A stretch of DNA of 61,074 bases, filler included, from Gonapodya sp. JEL0774 (Eukaryota): NCBI GenBank assembly GCA_027604505.1. It is 19 parts of 19 records of this genome, joined end to end, with 100 filler letters (N's around TTAATTAATTAA, not from the genome) between each part and the next. Parts side by side here need not be neighbours in the genome. Positions count along the whole stretch, not along the records: positions 32,283 to 35,399 come from JADIIX010001459.1; positions 35,500 to 38,612 come from JADIIX010001460.1; positions 38,713 to 41,825 come from JADIIX010001461.1; positions 41,926 to 45,038 come from JADIIX010001462.1; positions 45,139 to 48,250 come from JADIIX010001463.1; 14 more parts are not named here. The stretch is one strand, 5' to 3'. Of this stretch, positions 32,604 through 45,389 are shown in pieces. Below the pieces are notes generated by a model that was given only the letters and a program-made list of their open reading frames with translations, ran no database searches and had not been told where the DNA came from. Every line of letters begins with the position of its first letter. Within the stretch, counting starts at the first letter, position 1. A program made the translations under genes and the position numbers.

Positions 32604-34734
32604 TCATATCGAGCCTGAAACTGAGCTTGAATTCCTAGCCCCAGAAGAAAGATTTGATCTCGAAGTCACAGTCCACGAGGTCATCCCGCTCAAGGTACTC
32701 TGCTGACCCGTCTCCGAGGCATCTCCCACCACCGTTCCCGACGACCGCTCATAGTCCGACCTTCCCTCATGCAGCGAGAATTCGTGTGCTCGGGAGGGAA
32801 CATGTGATACGGGAGCGTACGAGGCCGCAGAGGGTATTGCTGCGTAGTTTGTTCCGTCAGCCGGCGTCTGCGCCTGCGATCGCGGGTAGTAGGATACCGA
32901 TGCTGGAGTTGCAGGACCTCGGACGTCAAAGTTGAAGGACACCGAGAGTGGAGGAGTGAGAGTGGACTGTGTGCAAGCATTATGATTGTCAGCCAGAACA
33001 AAGGACGAACTGCCCGGATTGCAAATACAAAAAAAACAACACCTGACTGTGAGTATTGAAGGACCAGCCCCTGCTCTCCCACCGCGCACCGAATCCTAAT
33101 CCTCCCCGTCTGCCCGATGCATTGGATCCTGTTAGCGGTGCAGACCCGGCTCCTGTCCCAAATCGTCCCAAATCAAGACACTCCAAAGGTACGACGCCCT
33201 CCAAACGCGCAAATTGGTCGGTTGGTGCTGGGATAGGAACTCGTGCGAGTCCCCAACCATCTCGGAAGACGCGAACGAGTGTCACAGGCGAACCTGGAAC
33301 AAGTGGTAATTCATCCAGATCGGAAGCAGCGAACTGGATGTTGAAGCGCATTAAGAGTGAAACTAAATACCTAGAATTGGGTGTGGGCCCGCAGACTAAT
33401 GGAGACTTACTTCTGCGAGAGCTTCTACTTCCAAGTTACACTCAACAAAAGGTCCCTCAAGCTGCCCCGGTGCAGTTGCCAGTGTGACAAAGAACCACTA
33501 CAGCATTCGAAGGAGTGGTAAATTGACAGGAAACATTCCAGTTTACTCTTGCGGGTAGAGACAATACGTGATGGTGATGTACATACATGAGGTTCCTGAG
33601 CCAAGGCAAAAACCGAAAGAAAGAGGCACCCATGCGAATCGTTAGTCATTTCCCCAAAATTTCAGTGGATTGACTGCAAGGGGAGCGTACCTTCATCCTC
33701 GAGCCACCTCCCACGCCCGCGATATGTGATGTAGAGCGGTCATCGTCGTTGCCTTTTGAGCCTTTTGCGGAAGCTGACTTTCTCTCCCGGTTTTTCCGGA
33801 CAAACAAAAACACCAATAAGGGCACGACGATAACGGTAGCCGCACCACCAGTAGCAGCTCCAGCAATAACACCAGTGTTAGAAGGTGCGTCTGGTCCCGG
33901 TGGAGGTGAAGGTAGCGTCGCAGTGGTGGTTTGGACCGGTGTAGAAGAGCCACCATTTGAAAGAACGCTGAAAGTAACGCTAGCGGTGATTGTGGTAGAT
34001 GGACACTCAGACACGACGGGCAAAGTTCCGTAGACTGTACACGCCCTTGGAAGATTATTTGGTACACATGTGTACAGGCCCTTATTGCCGTCTGCCGTGG
34101 AAACACCGTTGATCAGAATACAATTTGTCACATTCTGAGGGATTTTGCCGTCAACGTTTCCTGACAGTGAGTTGTTCTGGAGATAGACAGACGTGAGGCG
34201 TGTGAGTCCTGTCAAGTCGGGAATCGGGCCTGTCAAGCGGTTATTGAAGAGTGCGAGGGTGCTGAGAGCCGTTAAGTTTGTGATTGATGGTGGGATTGAT
34301 CCCGTGATGGCATTTCCAAGCAGTGACAGAGTGTAAAGTAGAGGCAAGCTACCAAGGTCCGGAATCGGTCCCGTAAAACGATTGTTGGAAAGGTCGATAG
34401 CTTGCAATGATGTCTGACTGGCCAAAGACGGTAGCTGGCCGCTCAATCCTAAAGAGGAAAGTCGAACGGATGATGTCCGATTGTTCACGTCATCGCATTT
34501 GATGCTGATGGTCAAGTTTGAAAGCTTGTAGCCACAACATTGCCCGATCGGCCAAGGGAACACCACTCCACTCTGAGTAAATACGGCTTCCCAGACGGAG
34601 CAATCTTCTACTTGAGACTGAGTGTGTACAAGTGGAAAAAAGATTGCCAGAAACAGCAACCCGAAAATCGTAGCGGCAATAGAGGTGCGATTCAAGCTGG
34701 CGAGCACCCGATCCAGTAAACCAAGTAGCAGCAT
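32604..34734 (-). CDS. Receptor-like protein: signal peptide + extracellular plant-type LRRs + S/T/P stalk + TM + cytoplasmic SH3
   Basis: N-terminal hydrophobic segment; LxxLxLxxNxxTGxIP repeats; TM VIAGAATGG...LLVFLFV then RKNR; spliced SH3 ALAE|FAASDLDELPL..G..V..VFRDGW...EGVVP (exons 33497-33411 and from 33333). Confidence 0.85.
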
Positions 34735-35131
34735 CGTGCCAGCGGGATCTTATGCTCCTGACTGGTGGAGAGAGTTCGCCATAATGTAGTTGATCAACGA
34801 ACTGAGTTCGGTCTTTCAGAGTTCAGGTGTGGCGGCCCAGCCTTGAACCGTCTACATGATACATACGCTACCTTTGATCCTCAAACAGAAACTTGGCGAC
34901 TATCAGGCGTCGAGATCAACTGGATGTAAGATATCGCTTGCATGGTGGGGGAGTGGACTGTTCACATCATTTGGTGCTGATAAGCCCGCAGACGGAGCAC
35001 GCTGGTCGAAAACCCGTATTGCAAGATGGAATTGAAGCAACTCAAAGAGCAATGGTGTTTGAAACTTGTTGGTAAGTCAGAAAGTGAAATCAAATCATTG
35101 ACAACAGATCATGGACGAGCATACATAGCCC

Positions 35132-35399
35132 AATAATCATAAGTCAATAGTCTACAATATTCATATCGAGCCTGAAACTGAGCTTGAATTCCTCGCCCCA
35201 GAAGAAAGATTCGATCTCGAAGTCACACCAGTCCACGAGGTCATCCCGCTCAAGGTACTCTGCTGACCCGTCTCCGAGGCATCTCCCACCACCGTTCCCG
35301 ACGACCGCTCATAGTCCGACCATCCCTCATGCAGCGAGAATTCGTGTGCTCGGGAGGGAACATGTGATACGGGAGCGTACGAGGCCGCAGAGGGTATTG
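35132..35399 (-). repeat. Near-identical copy of 32575..32839, the 3' end of an adjacent tandem paralog of the LRR-TM-SH3 gene (stop 35161-35163)
   Basis: Direct alignment shows only a few substitutions and one 3-bp indel. Weaker similarity also links 35021-35062 with 32510-32554. Confidence 0.93.
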
Positions 35400-35499
35400 N
35401 NNNNNNNNNNNNNNNNNNNNNNNNNNNNNNNNNNNNNNNNNNNTTAATTAATTAANNNNNNNNNNNNNNNNNNNNNNNNNNNNNNNNNNNNNNNNNNNN

Positions 35500-37607
35500 T
35501 CGTCCGATACCGTCCAGTCTTCCTTGCGGCGTGCGACTGCACCAGGTGGGATCCCATCCCAAGCTTCCTCTGGTCCCTCTGGCTCAATATCTAGATCCAT
35601 ATCAATATGTCCACGGGTTGCCGCCATAGTCATTGCGCCTTTGTACTTTGGAGCGTATATGCCACCAGACGTGCGGGTGCGACGTGTCGAGTAATCGATG
35701 TGGCGCACTGTCGGACCCCGTGTACCGAGATCCTCGTCGTCTTCATCGCTCGTCAGACCAGAATGAGATTCTTCCCGGGACACGTTCAAGGACCCGAACA
35801 CGACATCCGACTGAGGGGAGCCGTCTAACCCTGCTTCTTCGCGGGTGCGCTTGAGCTTCTCTTCAAAGGCCACTTGCTCGACAAGGAGTTCAGGTGTTAC
35901 ACCGAGAGCACGAGCTGCAGCGGGATCCGCGAAGTATAGGGAAAGCTTGTGGTGAAGGGTGGACCATGTGGAGGTTGGCGTCATGCCACTGTTCTTGGAA
36001 GCGGTCGTATCACCACCTGCCGCTTTGGCATTGGATGGTGCAGCCCCTTTCGCCATGACACGCTTGGACGACTTTTGACCTGTCGTGGTTGGGTGCCCAT
36101 CGGTAGATGCTGCAGCAGACGGCGGCACCGCCGAACCCTGCTCGGCAGAGCCACCACTAGGCAATGGCTTTGCGGCAAAGGAGTACCCATCCGCACCTTT
36201 CGGTCCCATTGTCTCGCCGTCGATACCCACCACTGAGTCGCCCCAGGTTCGGCTAGTGTCCATGTCAGCCCCTTTGAAAGGTGTGAGTGGAGTTTTGACC
36301 CTGGCGTCCCGACCGAATTCAATTTTTGCCATAGTTTGCGTTTGGGCAGCAGTTAGTGCGGCTGAGGTGGATGGGTCCACTTGAAGGCCGATGCCGGAAC
36401 CCTGGCCGGACGGGACGTACTTTCGGTTAGCAGGTTGAGATGGACGCATAACACCTTGAAATTTGGAGTAGTCGATGATGGGGACACGGGCAATAGGGAT
36501 TGGCGCGGGAAGACGGGGTCCGGTCTGCGAGGGGCGGGTCCACGGAATGAAGGACTTTTTTCAACGACAGAACTTGACACCGTCACATCAGCTCACACCA
36601 TTCACGATCGACTCCGCAAATGTGATCGGATCTTCTTGGGCTTTCTTTTTGAGCATCTCCAGTGTCTCGATGTCTTTGTCAGCCTGCTCCAGTTGCTGTC
36701 GCAGTACGAGCATGACCTGTAAAACTCGGTCGTACTCCTCCTGCGCAGCCGCGGCACGGTCTTCAGCAGAGAGACGAAGTCGAACTGGCTGAGTGGGAAG
36801 CGTGCTCTGCCGGCGAGGAGGAGGCTGTGCGGGAGTCGGGTGTGAGATGTATTTGGCAGAACTAGGAGCTTGAAGGGGGGGTGTCAAGTGCTGGAAGGTC
36901 GAAGGGGACTTAGAAGCGGGACCGGTTGAATGATGCGAGTAGAATTTGGAGGTCGTTGGGGTCTGTGGCGTGGAGCCGGCCCCCGGCGGTGGTACTGGGA
37001 GTCGGAGTATTAGGTTCGGTTTAATGGTACTGTTGCTGGCCGAGGGATTGGGATTGGAGACGCTGAGACGTCGAGCTTCAGTTTGAGCTTGATCGCTCAT
37101 TCTTCGAGAATATTCCTCTGCCTTTGTAGGTCCAGGTTCATTCTCCCCAGTGAACGAAGCCTCCCGTGTTGGGCTCAGACGTAGCAGGCCTTCCCGCAAC
37201 ACATCCCCTACTATCGGCGACTGTTGGCTCGTTTTTATAAATGGGGTGCCATGCTCTCGGAAATGATAAACTTGTGCTCCATTTGGGCTCACGCCTTCTA
37301 GTTCCATTTGGCTAACACTTGTCCCAGTCGAGTCCGTTCTTCTCCCAGGGAGTCCAGCAGCGAATCCACGTTCCATCCCGTCCATGAAGGACCCACTATC
37401 TAGACTCTTTGGCGATGACGGCATTTGAGTCTGCCCGGTTTGCTGAGCGTTTGTTGGTGCAGCTGCTCCCGGGAGTGAAGACGTGCCAGAATTGGCGAAC
37501 TGTTGAAGCAAATCGGCTCCATTTTGGTCTCTTTGAGAATTAGCTCGTGCTTGCTGCGCAGAAGCGGCCGCCACGACCGCTGCTTGAAGCTCTTGAAGTG
37601 GGTTCAT
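35500..37607 (-). CDS. ZZZ3-like protein (coiled-coil motif and probable start of a SANT domain), spliced, 3' partial
   Basis: EYDRVLQVMLVLRQQLEQADKDIETL...AQEDPITFAESI parallels the ZZZ3 segment as I recall it (DYQRLLQTIAVLEAQ...QDLE...ALKNPIGFVEKL). The contig ends at a WTV motif. Confidence 0.65.
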
Positions 37608-37852
37608 GTGATATTTCAATGGACTGGGTCCGTCCCGTTTGCAGCTTTGATTCTTGCGAACTCATTCACATCACTTCGAGATCCTCAAAAACGCTGTAAG
37701 TTTTCTAACCATCGTGCAGTCTCCAAAAATCAAACTCTGGTCTAACCTAGTATGCTCACGGTCGAGGGACTGCAGGTCTGAGGTGTTCCATATTAGGGTT
37801 GTGGCTCCAAGGGCCCGCATCGGCTTGCTTATACTTTCTCTTCTGAGAACTC

Positions 37853-38612
37853 ATGACGGATGCGAAATCTCGTGGAAGGAAGAAGGTCTCGTCCGGGACC
37901 GTGAACGCTGGCTCTAGTTCCGAATCAGGACCTTCAACCAGAGCGCGCAGATTAAAACACTCTTCTATTGGTGGCGCCACCCAAGTGCACAGAATTTTTT
38001 CGACTGCGGAGCTATTGGAGGCGATCTTATCGCATTTAAGTGAGAAAGACCTCGCTGCTTGTGCTCGGGTGTGGTGGGTTCATGTTGACTTACTGTTATA
38101 TGGACGTCCTCGAAATGTGAATACACCACCTTTGTCGACTTCCTAGCAAGCGGTTTTACCCGGCTGCCGTGGTCTCCATGTGGAAAACGTGGATATATGA
38201 CGGTTCTGCCTCGAACATGGCACGAATGACTGCGTTTCAACGAATGGAGCCAGCAACGAAGGATCTCATTCGGCCCAAAGAAGTCGAGGTGGATTTCTCC
38301 GATCATCAAAACAGCCCCGTATCACGTGCACGCTTGTTGTCCTCTTTTCAATTCGTCTCGCGTTGGATCTCGAAGTGGACCATAGTCAACCCAACGCCGG
38401 ACTTTTTCGCAGCCCTTTGTAGCATCCTGTTCAACAACAGCTCCACTATTACTATGCTTTGCCTCCATGACTTAAGTGAGGAATGTATTCCATGGCTGAA
38501 TGAGCTTCTTCCCCGTTGCCCCAACATTCTCAAGCTGGAGCTCTCCACTTTTTCGGACGGGTCTCAGACCAAAATCCAACTCCCAGAAACATGTGATTCC
38601 CTTCGATATTTT
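37853..38612 (+). CDS. F-box / LRR protein, spliced, 3' partial
   Basis: IFSTAELLEAILSHLSEKDLAACARV, an intron, KRFYPAA, and later CPNILKLEL. Confidence 0.75.
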
Positions 38613-38839
38613 NNNNNNNNNNNNNNNNNNNNNNNNNNNNNNNNNNNNNNNNNNNNTTAATTAATTAANNNNNNNNNNNNNNNNNNNNNNNNNNNNNNNN
38701 NNNNNNNNNNNNTCTTGTCGGAATGTCGGAAGGTCCCAAGTTGTACTCCGATGAGCCGATTCCACCCATCACAGGATGACGTCAATAAACTATTCCAGAA
38801 GCACAGGAGCACGTCAATTACACGATATTGTGGCAGAAT

Positions 38840-40630
38840 CTACACTTCTACAACCCATCCTCCTGGCCCTTCTTTCTCTCCATATTGAATACCGACCACC
38901 TCATCAAAAAGCCGTCGTGCCAGGGGACCCGCTCCTTGGCTCGAATCTGCAGGATCCAGCGGTACAACGAGATCCCGGCCCTCATATCCAATGGCTCGGA
39001 TGGGGGTGATGACGGCGGCGGTGCCTTGAGTACAGTATGGAAATATGAACTCCACGTGCCGACGAAAGAGATATCCCACCAAATGTACTCACCGCTCGAA
39101 AAGCACTCGATGACCCTTTGCTCCTTTATTGCTCGCACAAGTCTGGCATCAACAGCCGTCGCTCGGTGACGCGAAACTCGTTCCAGCTACGAGCGAGATG
39201 GAGGACCGAGGAGCGGGTAACACCAGGGAGGATGAGTCCTGTTTTGAGTTCAAGTACATTAATTGAGTGTCAGAGCATATGTTGGTTCCTAGGCGTTGCT
39301 TTCGCTCACCTTCTTCCAGCGAAGGCGTCACGAGCTCCGTCTGGCCGTGCTCGTTGACCCAGAATACAAAGAAATTCGAAGCTCCACTTGGAAAATAAGG
39401 GCCACGACACAATTTCAGAAGAATGGTCGTAAGACTCTGAGCACGGTTGTGGAGCACTCAAATCACCACTCACACCTCGGTCACGACTCTCTCCTCACCC
39501 CAGATCCACAAACACTGCTGGAACCCTTCCTTCTCGGCCAACACTTGTGGCATCATCCCCGGTGCGTAGTTGATGCCGACCTTGTTCTCACCCGTACCGC
39601 CTGGAAAGGCTCTGGTGTACTCGAATGTGGCGCGAACGCGAACGGCGGCGAATCCTGTGGGATAGTAAGGTCCAACTGGAGAGAGGATGCAGAAGAGGAG
39701 TGCAGTGGAAGGTGGGTGAAGAGCGAGAGAGGGCTCAGTAGCGATAAGTGTCGGTCGAATGTCTGTCAGAAAGGAAAGGTAAAGGCGTACTAACTCTCCG
39801 ACCGTTACGAGATTACAAAAGTCTCACAAAGAGAGTATCCTCTCTGGTCCGGAACCCATCTCTCATCTACTTTGACTAGTTTCTTGATGCATTCCATGAG
39901 CTCGTGGTCGTTAAAGGCAGGTAAAGCTAGCCTCTCCACAGACTTTTGAAGTCGAATCATGTTTTGGTCCGGCCGAAAGAGAAGGGTGCGGCCTGAACTT
40001 GATTTATATGCTTTCATGCCCTCGAAGCATTCAAGTCCGATCTGCAAGAGGTTCATCACAGAAGAGCTTTGTGTTTGCAGTTCGGATCGGCAAGAACGAG
40101 CTCGGTTGCCCTCACATGGAACACAAGAGCTGCAGGCGAGATATCAAGTGCTTGGAAAGGTTTGATCTGGACCATACCGCAATGCAATCAAGTATCGATT
40201 GGGAGGATTTTTGAACATGGATCGCTCACTTGTGGAGAACTCCATCCAGTTCCAGTGCTCCACTCGGCGACTAGCATGTGATCGGTGACTGAAAGTGTCC
40301 TCCTGGCAATGCTGCAGTCCGTCCAGAGAGCATGTCACAATAACTGAGGCAGCACTCACATGTGGTACCAAAAGTGAGATCTTCCAATTTCGGTAATGGG
40401 TTGAGCTTGCTCGACAGCTCAACCGTCAATTTTGAGCTATCTAACCCAGTCAAAGGTGTTGATGCTTTGCTCGAAGTAGAAAAGACAGAGCAGGAAGCAG
40501 CATAGTGAGACTTCAGCCAGTATGAATGTGCTGGAATCACAGCTCCGATGGTAACATTCTGGGGTGATCGGGCGAGGCTCGCGACCGCTCGTGAAGACCG
40601 GATAAACAGATTTGGGGATCGGGAAAACAT
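38840..40630 (-). CDS. BAT1: Branched-chain amino-acid aminotransferase with probable mitochondrial presequence, multi-exon
   Basis: [49 protein letters not shown] (PLP lysine), ILPGVTR; R/S-rich N-terminus. Confidence 0.95.
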
Positions 40631-42921
40631 GAATCGCGGGTGGTTTCAAGCTCTGATGAGCCTTCAATGGGAGATTGGGTCGGACGTTGTCGGTGCATCT
40701 GCCGCTGTAATAAGTTGCTCACCGACGGACTAATACTTTGAGAGAAGAGACTCCAAATATAAAAGTGAATTTCATGTTTTATTCTTCCTTTTATTTGCAT
40801 TTCGACTTCTGTCAACGCTGTCCAATTTTCTAACAGGCTTTGGTCGAGTGGGCTGTGCACTAGTTGGCACACCAAGACCTGTCTTGCTGCTCAAAAGAAA
40901 AACTCTGTTCCCTTTCAATCTTCCCATCTCCAATCAATGGCCGCAAGACTCGCAGCGCAGCGATACGGTCGTCTGCAGATCTGGCTAACACGCCGAGCGG
41001 ACTGGCACCGACGTTGTCATACCGTTTGCGAGTCACTTCTGCAAACTTCTATGCTTGGTTTCTTACGCATTAGGTGGCGATGAGAAGCGCCAGCGAATGG
41101 GTGTGTACCAACGCATAGCGGTTTTGAACCTGGTCCCACAGTATCTTCGACCATCGTTGGTTCTGGAAGTGCGATTTCCGGATCGCCCTGAGTACATTCT
41201 CGAAGTGACATGACCACTAATCCGGAGACAATCAAAGCACGACCACCGCTTACCTTATTGGCGTCTGAGTCCACTTCATCTCCGAAGAGGAACCAAAACC
41301 AAGTTACAATCACCGCGGAGTCCAGCAGTTTGTTTTTTTCCCTACTGGTCTGCGGTTTCATGCCCTTGGTACAATTCTATTTATGACGAGGCTTGGAGGA
41401 CTCAATTTTGAAGAATCGGAATATGTGTATGGCTCCGCTGTTGAGGAAGCTTGAATGGTAGTGCAAGTACTTCTTTTGCCAGTGGTGTATGCGGCTCAGT
41501 CTAGCACTGCAAAATGCATATACATGATGTAACAGTATGCAAATGCACCCGCATATATGCGCCCTCAATTTCTTTGCGATGCCATACCCGTGTCCCACCA
41601 CTGGAGTCAGCAGTGTTGATCACCCATTGAACACCAATCAATCCCAGACCCTTCCCCATTCCTCCTTTCCGTCCTCCCTCCCTTTCCCTTTCCCCCCTTT
41701 CTTCACGTGAGTCAAGCTCTCCCCCGCCTTCACCACATACCCCACTGGCAACGGCGCCTTGGCCTGTTCCTTCCTGTGTTGTGCTAACCGGGCGTCCTGT
41801 TCGGCCTGCAGAGCAGCTTTGGCAGNNNNNNNNNNNNNNNNNNNNNNNNNNNNNNNNNNNNNNNNNNNNTTAATTAATTAANNNNNNNNNNNNNNNNNNN
41901 NNNNNNNNNNNNNNNNNNNNNNNNNCGGAAGCTGGTGAGTATTGTAACTCAATAAATGTTGAGTTCTTCGTTGGTCCGGAGCCATTCTCGCTTCTCGCTA
42001 AAGTGCATCCTGCCACTCCTGCACGACACTTCCAAAGCGCACATTGTATTTTCATCGACCCCCCAACCCATCACTCTTCTCTCCTGGGAAACGTCACTCG
42101 AACACTCCTTTCCATGGACGTTCAAGGACCGCCTCGCCAAGAGACCCTCCAACGTACTCTCACGATTCCTCGGCGCCATAGTTTCAACCTATGAACGCAA
42201 AGTGCGCAAGCCGTCTGGAGTTAGTGATAAGTCTAGTGCTCTTGCGACCGTGGTAGAAGAGATGAGGACAGCAGGTCCTCGCAACTATCACGATCATACG
42301 GCCGGGCACAGGGAGCTCGATCGAGGTTTTAATCCCTGCGGTGAGTTTCTGTTGTTGTGTCCTGATATATATGGTTCATGAGGTGCGGCGGACGACAGTG
42401 TGTGAGTGATACAAGCTTCATTTTTTATAGATGTGTACGCTGTGCTCGCTGCGCTGAGTTCGCAAGCGGTAACACGCTCCTATGACTGTCATCTAGACAT
42501 TGAGCTCAGTGGCAACTTGACGCGAGGGATGAGCTGCATCGGTGAGTGGTGAGAGCATTCCTGATTTTTCACGGAGTTCTTCCCATTCGAGTTCTCTCCT
42601 ATGTGGACTTATGGCGTTTGCATTCCTACTCACCTCTTCTGTGTCGCTTTCGTTTGTAGCTTGGTCACCCCATCAGGCAGCTGGTCTGACGCCCAACGCT
42701 CGAATTGTGGTAGGGATGAACGACGTTTGGATGGAGAGCATGCTTGAAGGCGTATTTGGAGATACTTGATTGCAAATCATTTATTCACGGTCTACTTTGG
42801 AAATCTATACATTGACTGTCACCGCAACTGGCGTTTGATGGTTCCTGTTAGCTGTGGTCATGCAAGGGGCCTCTCCAGGTGGGACGAGACCGAGAGGAAC
42901 AACCGCACCAGCAATAGAATA

Positions 42922-45038
42922 ATGAACGGTAGCATCGAGTACGTGTCCCTGGATTTCTCCACTGGAGGAGGTGTTCATGGAGGAATGTCGGCTTTGCGCT
43001 CCGAGCTCAAATCGACCGGCAGTAGAACGGTGGTGAGTGTCTGACGCGGTGAACCGGCGGATGCGGACGATTTCCCCAATTGCTGCAGTATGATTTCCAA
43101 GGTGATGAAGCGATGCTGTTTCTTAGGGATCTGGATCCCAGGATGGGGTCGTGCCTTCAAATCAACGTGGGCATACACCGGTTGGCCACATTGGTCGCAC
43201 GAGTAGCGCCAGCGCCCAAATCACAGGACCTACATCCAGTGGTCCCCCACGTCCACTCTACAAGACTAGTAAGACAGTGCCGTTGCCGGCGTCTCATACG
43301 GCGTTCCTCAAGAAACCGACAAAAACGTCGCCTCCGACTATCTCTTCCTACTTCCAGCCATCCCGACCAACCTCTCCACGTGGAGCACGCTCTTTAGCTC
43401 CCATTTTCAACAAATCTCTTCCGTCGAACTCGAATCAATCGATCCCAGCAAAACGCAATCTTCCGGCCGAATACTACGAAAGCAACGAGCGCGCCCCCGA
43501 CGCTCGATTCAAACAAGCAAAATTCTCGCATGACGGGAATGGGAGCGATAACGTGTATCAACGTCCGATTTCGTCCGCCCAACGCAATGCTGTCGCGACT
43601 CCGGCGGCCCCATTCTCTAAGCCCACCCCATCGAGAGGCGATTGGTCGACACTCTCCGATGAGCAAAAAGAAGTAGCCAAGATAGTCCTCGAAGAGAACG
43701 TAAGCGTGATTTGAAAATTCTGGTTGTGTGCGGACCATCCGAACAACGTATTATTCAACTTCTCAGAAATCCCTCTTCTTCACTGGTCGTGCCGGAACTG
43801 GAAAGTCGTACCTTCTTCGATTTCTCATCCGCGAGCTTCGATCTCGTCACGGCAGAGAGCGTGTGGCTGTAACAGCAGCTACGGGAATGGCGGCTGTCAA
43901 CATCGATGGCGGAACTGTGCACGCGGTGAGTAGGACGCTCGTGTGAGACGGCCGAGCGATTTGCTCTCCCGCTCCTGTCGAATATGATTTCTGGGAAACG
44001 GGACAGTAACTCTGCTCTTACTGCGAATTCTGTGGTGACTCACTTTCGTACCACGCCTTCAGTTTGCCGGCTTCGGGCTCGGTCTTGATCCGGTAGAGAC
44101 GTGTGTCAAGCGAATCATGGTGAATAAGAATACATACAAGCGATGGACTACCACAAAAGTTCTCATTATTGACGAAGGTAGGCAGCATTATCACAGCAGA
44201 GCTCTCACACCACATCACGTCATCTGACTGACTGCGGATTGTACCGCCGCAATAAACATAATTAGTCTCGATGGTCGATGCAGACTTGGTGAGAGAAGAA
44301 CTTGTGGTGACGGTATCCACCAAATTACTTACCCCCTGCCTCAACACTCAGTTCGACAAGCTGGAGGAGATCGCGCGCAAAGTTCGGAAGTCTAACCAGC
44401 CTTTTGGTGGAATACAGCTTGTGCTGACAGGAGACTTCTTCCGTGAGTGACGCGGAATTGTAGTCATGAATGTTCATTCATTCTCTCATCTCCGTAATAT
44501 CCTGTGCGACACATTCTCCTTGGTACAGAATTGCCCCCCGTACCGGATCGAAATCGTGGCGAAATTAGATTCCGTGAGTCACGTTTCTCTTTGTTTTCCT
44601 TGCACGAGTTAACCTCGCAAACTTTAGTCTTCGAATCGAAACGATTCGCACCCTGCGTGCCGGTTCTCTTCAACCTCACAACCGCTTTCCGTCAAAGCGA
44701 CCCTACATTCTTGCAAGTTCTCGATGAGTTACGCATGGGAAATATCTCTGCAAAGAGTGTGTCGATCCTCAAGGGTCTGGAGAGGGTGCCGACCGCTTGG
44801 CAAGGCAAGGAACCGAGCTTGATCTTTTCTCGTAGGGAGGAGGTCGAGTCGGAGAATTCAAGGAGAATGAGGGCCATCGATGGGGAGGAAAGAGAGTTTC
44901 AGGTGAGTATGTACTAAGCAGGTTGAAAACTGGCGATTGACGTTTCTCTTCCTTCTGGTGAATTGGAGGCGGTTGATACTGGAGTTCAGTCACATCTTTC
45001 GAAACTTCAAACCTCTTGTCTGGCACCTCAAACGCTTC
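42922..45038 (+). CDS. PIF1: Pif1-family 5'-3' DNA helicase, multi-exon, 3' partial
   Basis: [71 protein letters not shown]...LDELRMG. Confidence 0.95.
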
Positions 45039-45389
45039 NNNNNNNNNNNNNNNNNNNNNNNNNNNNNNNNNNNNNNNNNNNNTTAATTAATTAANNNNNN
45101 NNNNNNNNNNNNNNNNNNNNNNNNNNNNNNNNNNNNNNACTGCGCTCCACAGGACCTGCGCTCGTACTTGACTTTCTAGTTCCTGCAGTAAAGCTGGATG
45201 TGAACTCCTGATATAATATGTAAATCGAAATATGTTGACTGCTAAAAGAAGTGGAAAGTGATTGTGAAGCGGACACGGGATCCTCCGGCTTCCCGGAGGA
45301 ACCTTCATCGGAAATGTAAACACCTGCATTAGAACTCGCACTCTCCACCACTGGCTGGTCTCGTCTTGCCAATAACAAAAATATCTGCA

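Noticed and set aside
41956..42769. Short ORFs upstream of PIF1, and the many 60-200-aa antisense ORFs across the window
   Set aside because: They have no recognisable motifs, and most are shadows of real genes in moderately GC-rich DNA.
42922..45038. Helitron-derived Pif1 helicase
   Set aside because: The gene is intron-rich, has cellular Pif1 motifs, and has no HUH Rep domain upstream.
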